Shown here: positions 1 through 9,976 of the stretch, piece after piece
Layout: each line of letters opens with the position of its first letter
Numbering within the stretch: the first letter of the stretch is position 1
The notes under the pieces: generated by a model
Told to the model about the DNA's origin: nothing
The model's input: only the letters and a program-made list of their open reading frames with translations
Databases searched by the model: none
Position numbers and translations under genes: made by a program
NCBI GenBank assembly: GCA_965232515.1
Contig: CBDDPY010000002.1
Coordinates: forward strand, 448,001-512,000
Length of the DNA: 64,000 bases
Source of the DNA: Alphaproteobacteria bacterium
GTDB taxonomy: Bacteria > Pseudomonadota > Alphaproteobacteria > GCA-2731375
Direction of reading: 5' to 3'

Positions 1-464
1 CGGCGGCCTCGGTGTCGCTCGCGCTCGTGGGCCTGTTCAACATCATCGGCTCGCTTGCCTGCGGCGCGGCCGGCGGGCGCTACAGCAAGAAGTATCTGCT
101 GAGCGGCGTCTATCTCGCCCGCTCGGTCATCATTCTCGTGTTCCTGCTGGCGCCGGCGTCAAACGTCTCGGCCTATCTGTTCGGCGCGGGCATGGGCCTG
201 CTCTGGCTCGGCACCGTGCCGCTGACCAGCGCGCTCGTGGCCCAGATCTTCGGGCCGCGCTACATGTCGACGCTATTCGGCATCGTCTTCTTCAGTCACC
301 AGGTCGGCGCCTTCCTCGGCGTCTGGCTCGGCGGTCGGATCTACGACACCTCCGGCTCCTACGACACGGTCTGGTGGATCGCCATCGTCCTTGGGCTGCT
401 TGCGGCCGCGCTGCACCTGCCGATTAACGAGCGGCCGGTGCCGCGGCTGCGTCCCGCCCTTTGA
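1..464 (+). CDS. MFS transporter, C-terminal part (gene begins left of the window)
   Basis: Hydrophobic TM segments and MFS-like motifs (GRYSKKYLL, FGPRYMSTLFGIVFFSHQVGAFLG, GRIYD-SGSYD). Confidence 0.85.
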   Translation, partial: AASVSLALVGLFNIIGSLACGAAGGRYSKKYLLSGVYLARSVIILVFLLAPASNVSAYLFGAGMGLLWLGTVPLTSALVAQIFGPRYMSTLFGIVFFSHQVGAFLGVWLGGRIYDTSGSYDTVWWIAIVLGLLAAALHLPINERPVPRLRPAL

Positions 465-532
465 ACGCCGGCAATCGGCACGATATCCTTGTTGAAGGCG
501 CGGCCGCCGCGCATGCAAAGGGATTCCAAACC

Positions 533-1990
533 ATGCAACTGAACGATTCCAGCCTGTTTCGTCAGCAGTGCTATATCGACGGCGCCTGGGTCGACGCCGA
601 TAGCGGCGAGACCATCGACGTCGCCAACCCGGCGACGGGCGACGCCCTTGGCACGATTCCGAAGGCCGGCGCCGCGGAGACCCGCCGCGCCATCGAGGCG
701 GCCCAGGCGGCCTATCCGGCCTGGCGCGCCAAGACCGCGAAGGAGCGTTCGGCCATCGTCCGGCGCTGGTACGAGCTGGTGCTGGAGAATGCCGACGATA
801 TCGCCGTGCTGATGACCTCGGAGCAGGGCAAGCCGCTGGCCGAGGCCAAGGGCGAGGTGGTCTATGCCGCCAGCTTCATCGAATGGTTCGCCGAAGAGGG
901 CAAGCGGGTCTACGGCGACACCATCCCCAGCCACGGCGCCGACAAGCGCATCGTCGTCGTCAAGGAACCGGTCGGCGTCACCTGCGCCATCACGCCGTGG
1001 AACTTCCCGGCGGCGATGATCACCCGCAAGGCCGCGCCGGCGCTGGCGGCCGGCTGCCCCATGGTGGTGAAGCCGGCGACGGCGACGCCTTACACCGCGC
1101 TGGCGCTGGCCGAGCTTGCCGAACGCGCGGGCGTGCCCAAGGGCATCTTCAGCATCGTCACCGGCGCGTCCGGCGCCATCGGCGGCGAGATGACGTCGAA
1201 CCCCATCGTCCGCAAGATCACCTTCACCGGCTCCACCGAAATCGGCAAGAAGCTGATCGCGCAATGTGCCGGCACGGTGAAGAAGATGTCGATGGAGCTC
1301 GGCGGCAACGCGCCGTTCATCGTCTTCGACGACGCTGACCTCGACGCCGCCGTCGAGGGCGCGATCGCGTCCAAGTTCCGCAATACCGGCCAGACCTGCG
1401 TCTGCGCCAACCGCCTGATGGTGCAGGACGGCGTCTACGAGGCCTTCACACAGAAGCTGGGCGAGGCCGTCGCCGCCATGAAGGTTGGCAACGGCTTGCA
1501 CGACGGCGTCGTGCAGGGGCCGCTGATCGACATGGCGGCCGTCGAGAAGGTCGAGGAGCACATCTCGGACGCCGTCGCCAAGGGCGCCCGCGTCGTTGTC
1601 GGCGGCGGCCGTCACGCGCTCGGCCACAGCTTCTTCGAGCCGACGGTGCTGGCCGACGTGCCACGGGATGCGGCGGTTGCTCGCGAGGAGACCTTCGGGC
1701 CCATGGCGCCGATCTTCCGGTTCAAGACCGAAGAAGAAGCCATCGAGATGGCGAACGACACCGAGTTCGGCCTTGCATCTTATTTCTACAGCCGCGATAT
1801 CGGCCGCATATGGCGGGTCGCCGAGCAGGTCGAATACGGCATGGTCGGCATCAATACCGGCCTGGTTTCGACCGAGGTCGCGCCGTTCGGCGGCATGAAG
1901 GAATCCGGCTTCGGCCGCGAGGGCTCGAAGTACGGCATCGAGGACTATATCGAGGTCAAATATCTCTGCATCGGCGGGATCGACAAATAG
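533..1990 (+). CDS. gabD: NAD(P)-dependent succinate-semialdehyde dehydrogenase
   Basis: MQLNDSSLFRQQCYIDGAW start; ITPWNFP, FTGSTEIGK, ELGGNAP, catalytic GQTCVC, EETFGP, GREGSKYGIEDY. The ATG at 533 is preferred over 461. Confidence 0.93.
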   Translation: MQLNDSSLFRQQCYIDGAWVDADSGETIDVANPATGDALGTIPKAGAAETRRAIEAAQAAYPAWRAKTAKERSAIVRRWYELVLENADDIAVLMTSEQGKPLAEAKGEVVYAASFIEWFAEEGKRVYGDTIPSHGADKRIVVVKEPVGVTCAITPWNFPAAMITRKAAPALAAGCPMVVKPATATPYTALALAELAERAGVPKGIFSIVTGASGAIGGEMTSNPIVRKITFTGSTEIGKKLIAQCAGTVKKMSMELGGNAPFIVFDDADLDAAVEGAIASKFRNTGQTCVCANRLMVQDGVYEAFTQKLGEAVAAMKVGNGLHDGVVQGPLIDMAAVEKVEEHISDAVAKGARVVVGGGRHALGHSFFEPTVLADVPRDAAVAREETFGPMAPIFRFKTEEEAIEMANDTEFGLASYFYSRDIGRIWRVAEQVEYGMVGINTGLVSTEVAPFGGMKESGFGREGSKYGIEDYIEVKYLCIGGIDK

Positions 1991-2104
1991 ACGACGGCAG
2001 GGCAAAGGGATGACCGGGCGGCGGGCGTAACCGCCCGCGCGCTCGCGGCATCTCACCAGTTCAACGATAGCGACCAGCGGACGCGGGTCAGGGGACATTG
2101 GGAC

Positions 2105-3481
2105 ATGAGCGACGACAATTTCGATCTTTTCGTCATCGGCGGCGGATCCGGCGGCGTGCGCGCCGCCCGTATCTCGGCGACGTACGGGGCGCGGGTTGGC
2201 ATTTGCGAGGAGTACCGCTACGGCGGTACCTGCGTGATCCGCGGCTGCGTGCCGAAGAAGCTGCTGGTCTACGGATCGCACTTCCACGAGGACTTCGAGG
2301 ACGCGGCGGCCTATGGCTGGGACGTGCCGGCCCCGACCTTCAACTGGTCGCGGCTGATCAAGAACAAAGATGTCGAGATCGATCGCCTGAACGCCGTCTA
2401 CCATTCGCTGCTCGAGGGGGTGGGTTGCACGCTGTTTCATCACCGCGGCGTGCTGAAGGATGCGCACACCATCGAGGTGGGGGACCGCCAGATCACGGCT
2501 GAGACCATCCTGATCGCGACCGGCGGGTATCCGGTGAAGCCGGAGATCCCCGGCATCGAGCATGCCATCACCTCGAACGAGGCCTTTCACCTTGAAAGCC
2601 TGCCGTTGCACATCACCGTTGTCGGCGGCGGCTACATCGCCGTCGAGTTCGCCGGAATCTTCAATGGCATGGGCGTCGACGTGACCCAGCTCTATCGCGG
2701 CGAGCAGATCCTGCGTGGCTTCGATCTGGATGTGCGCAACCACTTGGCGCAGGAGATCGTCAAGAAGGGCATTGACCTGCGCGTCGGCAGCAATCCGGCC
2801 CGGATCGATGTCGCGGGCGACGGTTACCTCGTCACGCTCGAGGACGGCGGCACCTTCGAAACCGGCCTGGTCATGTACAGCACCGGCCGCAAGCCCAATA
2901 CATCGGACCTCGGCCTCGAGGCGCTCGGTGTCGAACTCGCCGGGAACGGCGCCGTCAAGGTCGACGAATGGTCGAAGACCTCGGTCGAGCACATCTATGC
3001 CGTCGGCGACGTCACCGACCGCATCAACCTGACACCGGTGGCGTTGATGGAGGGGCACGCCTTCGCCGACACGGTCTATGGCGGCAAGCCGCGCACGCCG
3101 GACCACGAAGACGTCGCGTCGGCCGTGTTCAGCCAGCCGAGCGTCTCCACTGTGGGTTTGCCCGAGCACGAGGCGCGCGAACGCTACGGCGCGGTCGACA
3201 TCTACCGCTCGACCTTCACGCCCATGAAGCACACGCTCTCGGGGCGCGACGAGAAGACTCTGATGAAGCTGATCGTCGACCAGGCGAGCGACCGCGTCGT
3301 CGGCGTGCACATGGTTGGTCCCGACGCGGCCGAGCTGATCCAGGGCATCGCCATCGCCATCAAGTGCGGCGCCACCAAGGCCCAGTTCGACGCCACGGTC
3401 GGCATCCACCCGACGGCGGGCGAGGAGTTCGTCACGATGCGGAGCAAGGTCGAGCCGCCGCGCGCCGAGGCCGCCGAATAG
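2105..3481 (+). CDS. gor: Glutathione-disulfide reductase
   Basis: GGGSGG FAD motif, redox-active GGTCVIRGCVPKK, GGGYIAVEFA, C-terminal GIHPT-EE. Confidence 0.95.
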   Translation: MSDDNFDLFVIGGGSGGVRAARISATYGARVGICEEYRYGGTCVIRGCVPKKLLVYGSHFHEDFEDAAAYGWDVPAPTFNWSRLIKNKDVEIDRLNAVYHSLLEGVGCTLFHHRGVLKDAHTIEVGDRQITAETILIATGGYPVKPEIPGIEHAITSNEAFHLESLPLHITVVGGGYIAVEFAGIFNGMGVDVTQLYRGEQILRGFDLDVRNHLAQEIVKKGIDLRVGSNPARIDVAGDGYLVTLEDGGTFETGLVMYSTGRKPNTSDLGLEALGVELAGNGAVKVDEWSKTSVEHIYAVGDVTDRINLTPVALMEGHAFADTVYGGKPRTPDHEDVASAVFSQPSVSTVGLPEHEARERYGAVDIYRSTFTPMKHTLSGRDEKTLMKLIVDQASDRVVGVHMVGPDAAELIQGIAIAIKCGATKAQFDATVGIHPTAGEEFVTMRSKVEPPRAEAAE

Positions 3482-3625
3482 CGATAAGCATTCGATAACC
3501 ATACCGACGGCTTGTCCGGACGTGCGCCGCCCGGGGCGGGCACGCTTGGCATCGGCCCGCGTTAATGCGTATATAACGCTGTCGTAACTAATATGGTCGC
3601 CCGAATTGGGGCGAGGGCAAATCCA

Positions 3626-5020
3626 ATGGCAAGCACTTGGCAACCCGGCGGCTGGCGTGGCCTGCCGGCGCAACAGCAACCTGAATACCCGGACGCGGCG
3701 GCGTTGGACGCCGTCATCGACAAGCTGCGGACGTTTCCGCCGCTGGTATTTGCAGGTGAGGCAATGGCCATGCGCCGCAAGCTGGCCGACGTCTGCGAGG
3801 GTCGTGCGTTCCTGCTCCAGGGTGGCGATTGCGCCGAGAGCTTTGCCGAGTTCCATCCGGACAATATCCGCGACACGTTCCGCGTGCTGATGCAGATGGC
3901 GGTCGTGCTGACCTATGGCGCCTCGGTGCCGGTCATCAAGGTTGGCCGCATGGCCGGCCAGTTCGCCAAGCCGCGTTCGGCGCCGACCGAGGTGATGGAC
4001 GATGTCGAGCTGCCGAGCTATCGCGGCGACATCATCAACGGCATCGATTTCAATGAGGCCGCGCGCGTGCCCGATCCGGCTCGCCTGCTGCAGGCCTACA
4101 GCCAGGCCGCGGCGACGCTGAACCTGCTGCGCGCCTTCGCGCAGGGCGGCTATGCCGACCTGCACGCGGTGCAGCGCTGGAACCTCGGATTCGTTGAAGG
4201 TACCGAGGCGGCGGCGCGCTATCGCGAAACCGCCGAGCGGATCGCCGATGCCCTGAAGTTCATGGAAGCCTGCGGCATCACCGGCGAGGCCGTCCAGGAA
4301 GTCCGCCACACAGACTTCTACACCAGCCACGAGGCCCTGCATCTGCCGTTCGAGGAGGCGCTCACGCGTCAGGACACCATCACCCAGAACGGCGGCTGGT
4401 TCGCGACCTCGGCGCACATGATCTGGATCGGCGACCGTACGCGGCAGCTCGATGGCGCGCATGTCGAGTTCGCCCGTGGCGTCAGCAATCCGATCGGCAT
4501 GAAGGCCGGTCCGTCGCTGGAGCCGGACGAGTTGATCCGGCTGATCGACCGGCTGAACCCGGAGAACGAGCCGGGCCGGCTGACGCTGATCTGCCGCATG
4601 GGCGCCGACAAGGTGCTGGAGCACCTGCCGCCGCTGGTGCGAAAAGTGGCCGCCGAGGGCCGCAAGGTCGTCTGGTCCTGCGACCCCATGCACGGCAACA
4701 CGTTGAAGAGCGGCAACGGCTACAAGACCCGGCCGTTCGACCGCATTCTGGCCGAGGTGCGCGGGTTCTTCGCCGTGCATCAGGGCGAGGGTACCTATGC
4801 CGGCGGCATCCATGTGGAGATGACCGGAAAGGACGTGACCGAGTGCATCGGTGGCGCGCAGCTGATCGACGAGAGCCGGCTGGGCACGCGCTATCACACG
4901 CACTGCGATCCGCGTCTCAACGCCAGCCAGAGCCTTGAGCTGTCCTTCCTGATCGCCGAGATGCTGAAGCAGCGCCGTGTCGCGGAACCGCCGCTCAAGG
5001 TGGCCGGCGCCGCGGAATAG
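3626..5020 (+). CDS. Class II DAHP (3-deoxy-7-phosphoheptulonate) synthase
   Basis: [54 protein letters not shown]. Confidence 0.95.
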   Translation: MASTWQPGGWRGLPAQQQPEYPDAAALDAVIDKLRTFPPLVFAGEAMAMRRKLADVCEGRAFLLQGGDCAESFAEFHPDNIRDTFRVLMQMAVVLTYGASVPVIKVGRMAGQFAKPRSAPTEVMDDVELPSYRGDIINGIDFNEAARVPDPARLLQAYSQAAATLNLLRAFAQGGYADLHAVQRWNLGFVEGTEAAARYRETAERIADALKFMEACGITGEAVQEVRHTDFYTSHEALHLPFEEALTRQDTITQNGGWFATSAHMIWIGDRTRQLDGAHVEFARGVSNPIGMKAGPSLEPDELIRLIDRLNPENEPGRLTLICRMGADKVLEHLPPLVRKVAAEGRKVVWSCDPMHGNTLKSGNGYKTRPFDRILAEVRGFFAVHQGEGTYAGGIHVEMTGKDVTECIGGAQLIDESRLGTRYHTHCDPRLNASQSLELSFLIAEMLKQRRVAEPPLKVAGAAE

Positions 5021-5057
5021 TCCGTCGATCCCAGACAACTTCGCGGGAGAGTCCGTC

Positions 5058-6185
5058 ATGGATCTCGAGACGGATATCGCCCGTCAGGTCGATCACTATT
5101 TCAAGCGCACCAAGGAGACCGTGCATCGCTTCGGCGATGTCACGGTCACCTATGCCGTGTTCATGCGCCGCCCGGTGATCTTCACGCCGCGGCTGATGCA
5201 GGACTGGCTGAAGAGTGTGGCCGCGACGCGCGGCATCGAATTCGACATCAAGCTCTGCTTCGAGGAAGGCGACTGGGTCGGCGCCGGCGACCCCTTGCTC
5301 TACATCACCGGCTCGTTCGAACATCTGGTCGATCTGGAGACCCAGTATCTGCAGAAGCTGGGCCCGCCCTGCGTTGCCGCCTACAACGCCTTCGCCATGT
5401 GCAGCGCCTTGCCGGACTCCGCCTTCCTGGCCATGGATGCGCGGCACTGCGCCGGCGCCGAGATGGCCGAGATGATGGCGTACGCCGCCAGCGTCGGCGG
5501 TGCGGCGGCGAAGCGCGAGAACAACGCCAAGGGCTTCATCGGCAACGCGTCCGATTTCACCGCGCACTACTTCGGCAATCAGAGCGGCATGGGCACCATG
5601 CCGCATGCGCTGATCGGCTATGCCGGCTCAACGCTCCGGGCCGCCGAGATGTACGCCGAGACCTTTCCCGACGAGCCGATGACCGTGTTGGTCGACTATT
5701 ACGGACAGGAGATCACCGACGCTCTCGAGGTCTGCCGGCGCTTTCCGGAGATCGCCCATTCGGGGCGGCTGTCGATCCGGCTCGACACCCATGGCGGGCG
5801 GTTCGTCGAGGGACTCGACCCGGCCAATTCCTATGCCGTGCTCGAGCGGCATATGCCGAAGGCGATCCGGCAATACCGCACCGAGGACGAGCTGCGCTGG
5901 CTGGTCGGCACCGGCGTCTCGGCGGCCGGCATCTACTGGATGCGGGAGTCGCTGAACGAGGCCGGGTTCAAGTCCGTCAAGATCGTCGCCAGCTCCGGCT
6001 TCAACGCCGCGAAGTGCCGGGTGATGGGCAGCGTGAAGGCGCCGATCGACGTGGTCGGCACCGGCTCTTACCTGCCCGAGAACTGGCGCGAGACATACGC
6101 CACCGCCGACGTCGTCGCCTATGACGGCAAGCCCAGCGTCAAGATCGGCCGCGAGTTCCTGCTGCAGAAGTTGAACGGCGGCTGA
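5058..6185 (+). CDS. pncB: Nicotinate phosphoribosyltransferase-family protein
   Basis: DHYF, MDARH, GTMPHALIG (phospho-His motif), IRLDTHGGR, IVASSGF, GTGSY. ATG follows GGAGAG. Confidence 0.8.
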   Translation: MDLETDIARQVDHYFKRTKETVHRFGDVTVTYAVFMRRPVIFTPRLMQDWLKSVAATRGIEFDIKLCFEEGDWVGAGDPLLYITGSFEHLVDLETQYLQKLGPPCVAAYNAFAMCSALPDSAFLAMDARHCAGAEMAEMMAYAASVGGAAAKRENNAKGFIGNASDFTAHYFGNQSGMGTMPHALIGYAGSTLRAAEMYAETFPDEPMTVLVDYYGQEITDALEVCRRFPEIAHSGRLSIRLDTHGGRFVEGLDPANSYAVLERHMPKAIRQYRTEDELRWLVGTGVSAAGIYWMRESLNEAGFKSVKIVASSGFNAAKCRVMGSVKAPIDVVGTGSYLPENWRETYATADVVAYDGKPSVKIGREFLLQKLNGG

Positions 6186-6199
6186 CGGCTGCTGGCGGC

Positions 6200-6400
6200 A
6201 TGGCGGATCGAAGCGAGCTCGCCAGGCTGCAACAGGAGCGCCGCCGTCTTTCCGAAATGATCCGTCAGTTCGACGACGCGCCGGTCGGCGCGGACAGCCG
6301 CGTGCGCGAGGTCATGGAGGAGCACAAGCGCAAGCTCGACCAGCGCTTCGCCGAAGCCTTGCGTCGGGCGAACATCCCCGTCGCCGAAGCTTCGGACTAG
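6200..6400 (+). CDS. Small hypothetical coiled-coil protein
   Basis: 66 aa with host-like codon usage, filling the gap directly after pncB. Confidence 0.55.
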   Translation: MADRSELARLQQERRRLSEMIRQFDDAPVGADSRVREVMEEHKRKLDQRFAEALRRANIPVAEASD

Positions 6401-6404
6401 ATAG

Positions 6405-7421
6405 TTAGAGCTCGTCGACCTTCACCAGCTGCTTGCCGAAGTTCTCGCTGTTCAACAGACGCAGGAACGCGGCCGGCGTCTGTTCCAGGCCGTCGGCCAC
6501 GTCCTCGCGGTGCTTCAGCTTGCCGTCGCGGTACCAGGCCGCCAGCTCCTGGCGCGCCGTGTCGTAGTGTTCCTGATAGTCGAACAGCAGGAAGCCCTCG
6601 ACCCGGGCGCGGGCGACCATGATCTGACGCAGAAACCGCGGTCCGATGTCGGGCTGTCCGAACTTGTCGGCGAGCGCGATGGTGCCGCAGACGATGACGC
6701 GCGCCTTCACCGCCAGGTTCTGCATGGCGGCGTCGTGGATCGGTCCGGCCGTGTTGTCGAAGAACACATCGACGCCGCCCGGGCAGGCGTCCGCGATGGC
6801 CGCGACCAGGTCGTCCGACGTCCGGTAGTTGATGCCGGCGTCGTAGCCGAGGTCGCGGCACCAGGCAAGCTTCTCGTCCGAGCTGGCGATGGCGACGGGC
6901 CGGCAGCCTTTCAGCTTGGCGATCTGGCCCGCGACCTGGCCGACGGCGCCCGACGCGGCCGAGATCAGCACCGCCTCGCCGGACTGGATCCGGGCCTGAT
7001 GCAGCAGCGCGAAATAGGCCGTCAGACCCGGCAGGCCGAGATAGCTGAGCGCGCTCTGGATCGGCGCCAGGTCCGGATCGACTTTCCGCGTGCCGTCGGC
7101 CTGCAGCACCGGAAAGTCCTGCCAGCCGAACTGGAAGCTCTCGACGATATCGCCGGCCTTGAAGTCGGGATGGTTCGAGCGGATCACCTCGCCGACGCCG
7201 CCGCCTGTCATGACGTCCCCGATGCCAACGCCCTGGGCGTAATTCTTGGTCGGGCTGATCCGACCGCGCATATAGGGATCGACCGAGAGATAAAGGCTGC
7301 GCACCAGGATCTCGCCGTCGGCCGGTTCCGGCACCGGGCTCTCGGCCAGTTCCCAGTCATCCAATGTCGGCATGCCCTCGGGAAAGGATTTCAACCGCCA
7401 TTGCCGATTGCTATTCCGCAT
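6405..7421 (-). CDS. NADP-dependent oxidoreductase (PTGR/CurA-like MDR family)
   Basis: LSVDPYMRGR, GLPGLTAYFAL, SAASGAVGQ, GVDVFFDN, NFGKQLV. Confidence 0.9.
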   Translation of the reverse strand: MRNSNRQWRLKSFPEGMPTLDDWELAESPVPEPADGEILVRSLYLSVDPYMRGRISPTKNYAQGVGIGDVMTGGGVGEVIRSNHPDFKAGDIVESFQFGWQDFPVLQADGTRKVDPDLAPIQSALSYLGLPGLTAYFALLHQARIQSGEAVLISAASGAVGQVAGQIAKLKGCRPVAIASSDEKLAWCRDLGYDAGINYRTSDDLVAAIADACPGGVDVFFDNTAGPIHDAAMQNLAVKARVIVCGTIALADKFGQPDIGPRFLRQIMVARARVEGFLLFDYQEHYDTARQELAAWYRDGKLKHREDVADGLEQTPAAFLRLLNSENFGKQLVKVDEL

Positions 7422-7659
7422 CGTCCGTCCCTCCCGTTGGATATCGGCCGGTGTCCAGGATGATGGACGTCAGCTCGCGATAGCTGATGCCCAATGCCTT
7501 GGCCCGCCGTATCCGCAAGCGGACGATCTCGATGGGCGGGTTCTTCCAGGCTTCCTTGTGGGCCTTCGTCCAGCAATGCAATTGCCACTGCGGGACAAGC
7601 GGCGGTCCCATATTGTGACCGACGCCGGCCGATCCTGATGCTTCACCGTCTCTGTACAT
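7411..7659 (-). CDS. Small conserved alphaproteobacterial hypothetical protein
   Basis: GVGHNMGP...HCW...PIEIVRLRIRRAKALG resembles a small protein family recalled from Alphaproteobacteria; overlaps the downstream gene start. Confidence 0.6.
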   Translation of the reverse strand: MYRDGEASGSAGVGHNMGPPLVPQWQLHCWTKAHKEAWKNPPIEIVRLRIRRAKALGISYRELTSIILDTGRYPTGGTDDAE

Positions 7660-7733
7660 GACGCCGACAGTCGTTGACGCTCAAAGCCGGCGATGTTAGC
7701 GAACGAAAACAACGCAGAACAGGGGGAATGGGC

Positions 7734-8672
7734 ATGGCCCCGCGACCCATTATCATCGACACCGATCCCGGACAGGACGACGCCATCGCAATCCTGCTGG
7801 CCCTGGCCTCGCCGGAGCTCGACATCCTCGGCATTACCGCGGTCGCCGGCAACGTACCGCTGGCCCTGACCGAGCAGAACGCGCGCAAGGTCTGCGAGCT
7901 GGCCGGGCGGAGCGAAATGAACGTTTATGCCGGTTGCGCGCGACCGATGTTGCGCCCGCTGGTGACGGCCGAATACGTGCACGGCCGCACCGGCCTCGAC
8001 GGCCCGGACCTGCCGGCGCCGAGCATGCCCTTGCAGGCACGGCACGCCGTCGACTGGCTGGTCGAGACCCTGATGGCCGCGCCCGACGGCGAGATCACGC
8101 TCTGCCCGATCGGGCCGCTCACCAACATCGCCACGGCGATCGTGCGCGAGCCGCGCATCCTGCCGAAGATCCGCGAGATCGTGCTGATGGGCGGCGGCTT
8201 CTTCGAGGGCGGCAACACCACGCCGACGGCGGAATTCAATATCTATGTCGATCCGCACGCCGCGCACGTGGTGTTCGACAGCGGCGTCAAGCTGACCATG
8301 ATGCCGCTCGACGTCACCCACAAGGCGTTGATGCGGCACGACTGGATCGAGCATGTCGACCGCCTCGGCACCCCGGTCGGCAAGGCGGCGGCCGCCATGA
8401 TGTCGTTTTACGAGCGCTTCGACATGGAGAAGTACGGCGAGGCCGGCGGCCCTCTGCACGACCCCTGCGTCATCGCCTACCTGCTGCAGCCGGAGCTGTT
8501 TGAGGGCAAGGACTGCAACGTCACGGTCGAGACCGGCTCCGAGCTGACCATGGGCATGACCGTGGTCGACTGGTGGGACGTCACCGACCGGCCGTCCAAC
8601 TGCCAAGTCATGAACCGCATCGACGCCGACGGCTTCTTCGGCCTGATCCTGGAACGATTGGGGCGCTTGTAG
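7734..8672 (+). CDS. Inosine-uridine-preferring nucleoside hydrolase
   Basis: IIDTDPGQDDAIAILLA, GPLTNIA, AEFNIYVDP, PLHDP. Start at 7728 or 7734 after GGGGGA. Confidence 0.92.
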   Translation: MAPRPIIIDTDPGQDDAIAILLALASPELDILGITAVAGNVPLALTEQNARKVCELAGRSEMNVYAGCARPMLRPLVTAEYVHGRTGLDGPDLPAPSMPLQARHAVDWLVETLMAAPDGEITLCPIGPLTNIATAIVREPRILPKIREIVLMGGGFFEGGNTTPTAEFNIYVDPHAAHVVFDSGVKLTMMPLDVTHKALMRHDWIEHVDRLGTPVGKAAAAMMSFYERFDMEKYGEAGGPLHDPCVIAYLLQPELFEGKDCNVTVETGSELTMGMTVVDWWDVTDRPSNCQVMNRIDADGFFGLILERLGRL

Positions 8673-8700
8673 CAGCAGGCCATCGATTTTCTCACTGGCC

Positions 8701-8772
8701 CTGGATGCCCGTGTCAAGCACGGGCATGACGCTCAACCAATCGTCATTGCCGGGCTTGACCCGGCAATCCAG
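8701..8772. repeat. REP-like family 2 inverted doublet (GTCAT-stem-loop-ATCCAG)
   Basis: ctggatgcccgtgtcaagcacgggcatgacg (8701-8731) and cgtcattgccgggcttgacccggcaatccag (8742-8772), between convergent genes. Confidence 0.85.
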
Positions 8773-8793
8773 AACTCCAGTTCTGCCGGTGCC

Positions 8794-9816
8794 TTACCGC
8801 GTCGGATCGTCCGTGATCTGCACCACCTGCTTGCCGAAGTTTTCGCCCTTCAGCATGCCGATGAAGGCGGCGGGCGCGTTCTCCAGCCCCTGGGCGATGT
8901 CCTCGCGGTACTTGACCCGGCCTTCCTTCAGCCAGCCGCTCATGTCCTTGGTGAAGGCGGGCAGACGGTCCCAGTGGTCGCTGACGATGAAGCCGTGGAT
9001 CTTGGCCTTGCAACGCACCAGCGACATCAGGTTATGCACGCCGTCGGGCTTTTCCTTGTTGTATTGCGAGATCATGCCGCAGGCGACGATGCGGGCGAAT
9101 GGGTTGATCCGGTTCAGCACCGCGTCCAGCATCTCACCGCCGACATTCTCGAAATAGACGTCGATGCCGTCGGGGCAGGTCTCGCGCAATCCGGCGTCCA
9201 GCGACTCGACCGTGCGGTAGTTGAAGGCGGCATCGAACCCCAGCTCGTCGCGGATATAGGCAACCTTGTCGTCCGAGCCGGCGCTGCCGACGACCCGACA
9301 TCCTTTGATCTTGGCGATCTGGCCGACGATCTGGCCGACGGCGCCCGAGGCGGCCGAGATATAAACGGTGTCGCCCTCCTTCGGTTCGCCGATGTCCAAC
9401 AGGCCGACATAGGCCGTCATGCCGGGCATGCCCAGCACGCCCAGATAATAGGAGAGGGGGGCGATCGACGGATCGACCTTGGTCAGGCCCTTGCCGCCCG
9501 GCACCAGACTGTAGTTTTCCCAGCCCAGCATGCCGTTGACGTAATCGCCCTCGGCAAAGGCGGGGTTGTTCGAGGCCGCGACCTGGCCGACGACGCCGGC
9601 CATCATCACTTCGCCGAGCTGAAAGCCGCTGATATAGGACTTCCCCGCGTTCATGCGGCCGCGCATATAGGGGTCGAGCGACATATAGATGTTGCGCACC
9701 AGAACGTCGTCGGGGCCGGGCTCCGGCGCGTCGGCGGTGACGATCTCGAAATTCTCCGGCGTGACCCACCCGGTCGGGCGGCTCTTGAACATGATGCGGG
9801 TGTTGATCTCAGCCAT
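8794..9816 (-). CDS. NADP-dependent oxidoreductase (PTGR/CurA-like MDR family), second paralog
   Basis: SLDPYMRGRM, GMPGMTAYVGL, SAASGAVGQ, GIDVYFENVGG, GENFGKQVV. Confidence 0.9.
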   Translation of the reverse strand: MAEINTRIMFKSRPTGWVTPENFEIVTADAPEPGPDDVLVRNIYMSLDPYMRGRMNAGKSYISGFQLGEVMMAGVVGQVAASNNPAFAEGDYVNGMLGWENYSLVPGGKGLTKVDPSIAPLSYYLGVLGMPGMTAYVGLLDIGEPKEGDTVYISAASGAVGQIVGQIAKIKGCRVVGSAGSDDKVAYIRDELGFDAAFNYRTVESLDAGLRETCPDGIDVYFENVGGEMLDAVLNRINPFARIVACGMISQYNKEKPDGVHNLMSLVRCKAKIHGFIVSDHWDRLPAFTKDMSGWLKEGRVKYREDIAQGLENAPAAFIGMLKGENFGKQVVQITDDPTR

Positions 9817-9976
9817 TGCGCCCCTTTCCCTCCTTGCGCTAGATGCTTCTGCGCAGACGTTTTGTGATGACCTGACGGCAGGTTAGCACTCTTCGGCCGG
9901 CCGTCGCATGGGGCATATGGGCGTTTCGGCGGCCGTTGTCCATGCCGTGGGTGCGGTTCTGTGAGGTGATGAGTAG

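Noticed and set aside
359-5059. 1566-aa minus-strand ORF
   Set aside because: Antisense shadow of gabD, gor and DAHP synthase, typical of high-GC codon bias; no motifs. The same applies to 13061-15637, 24577-26013 and similar ORFs.
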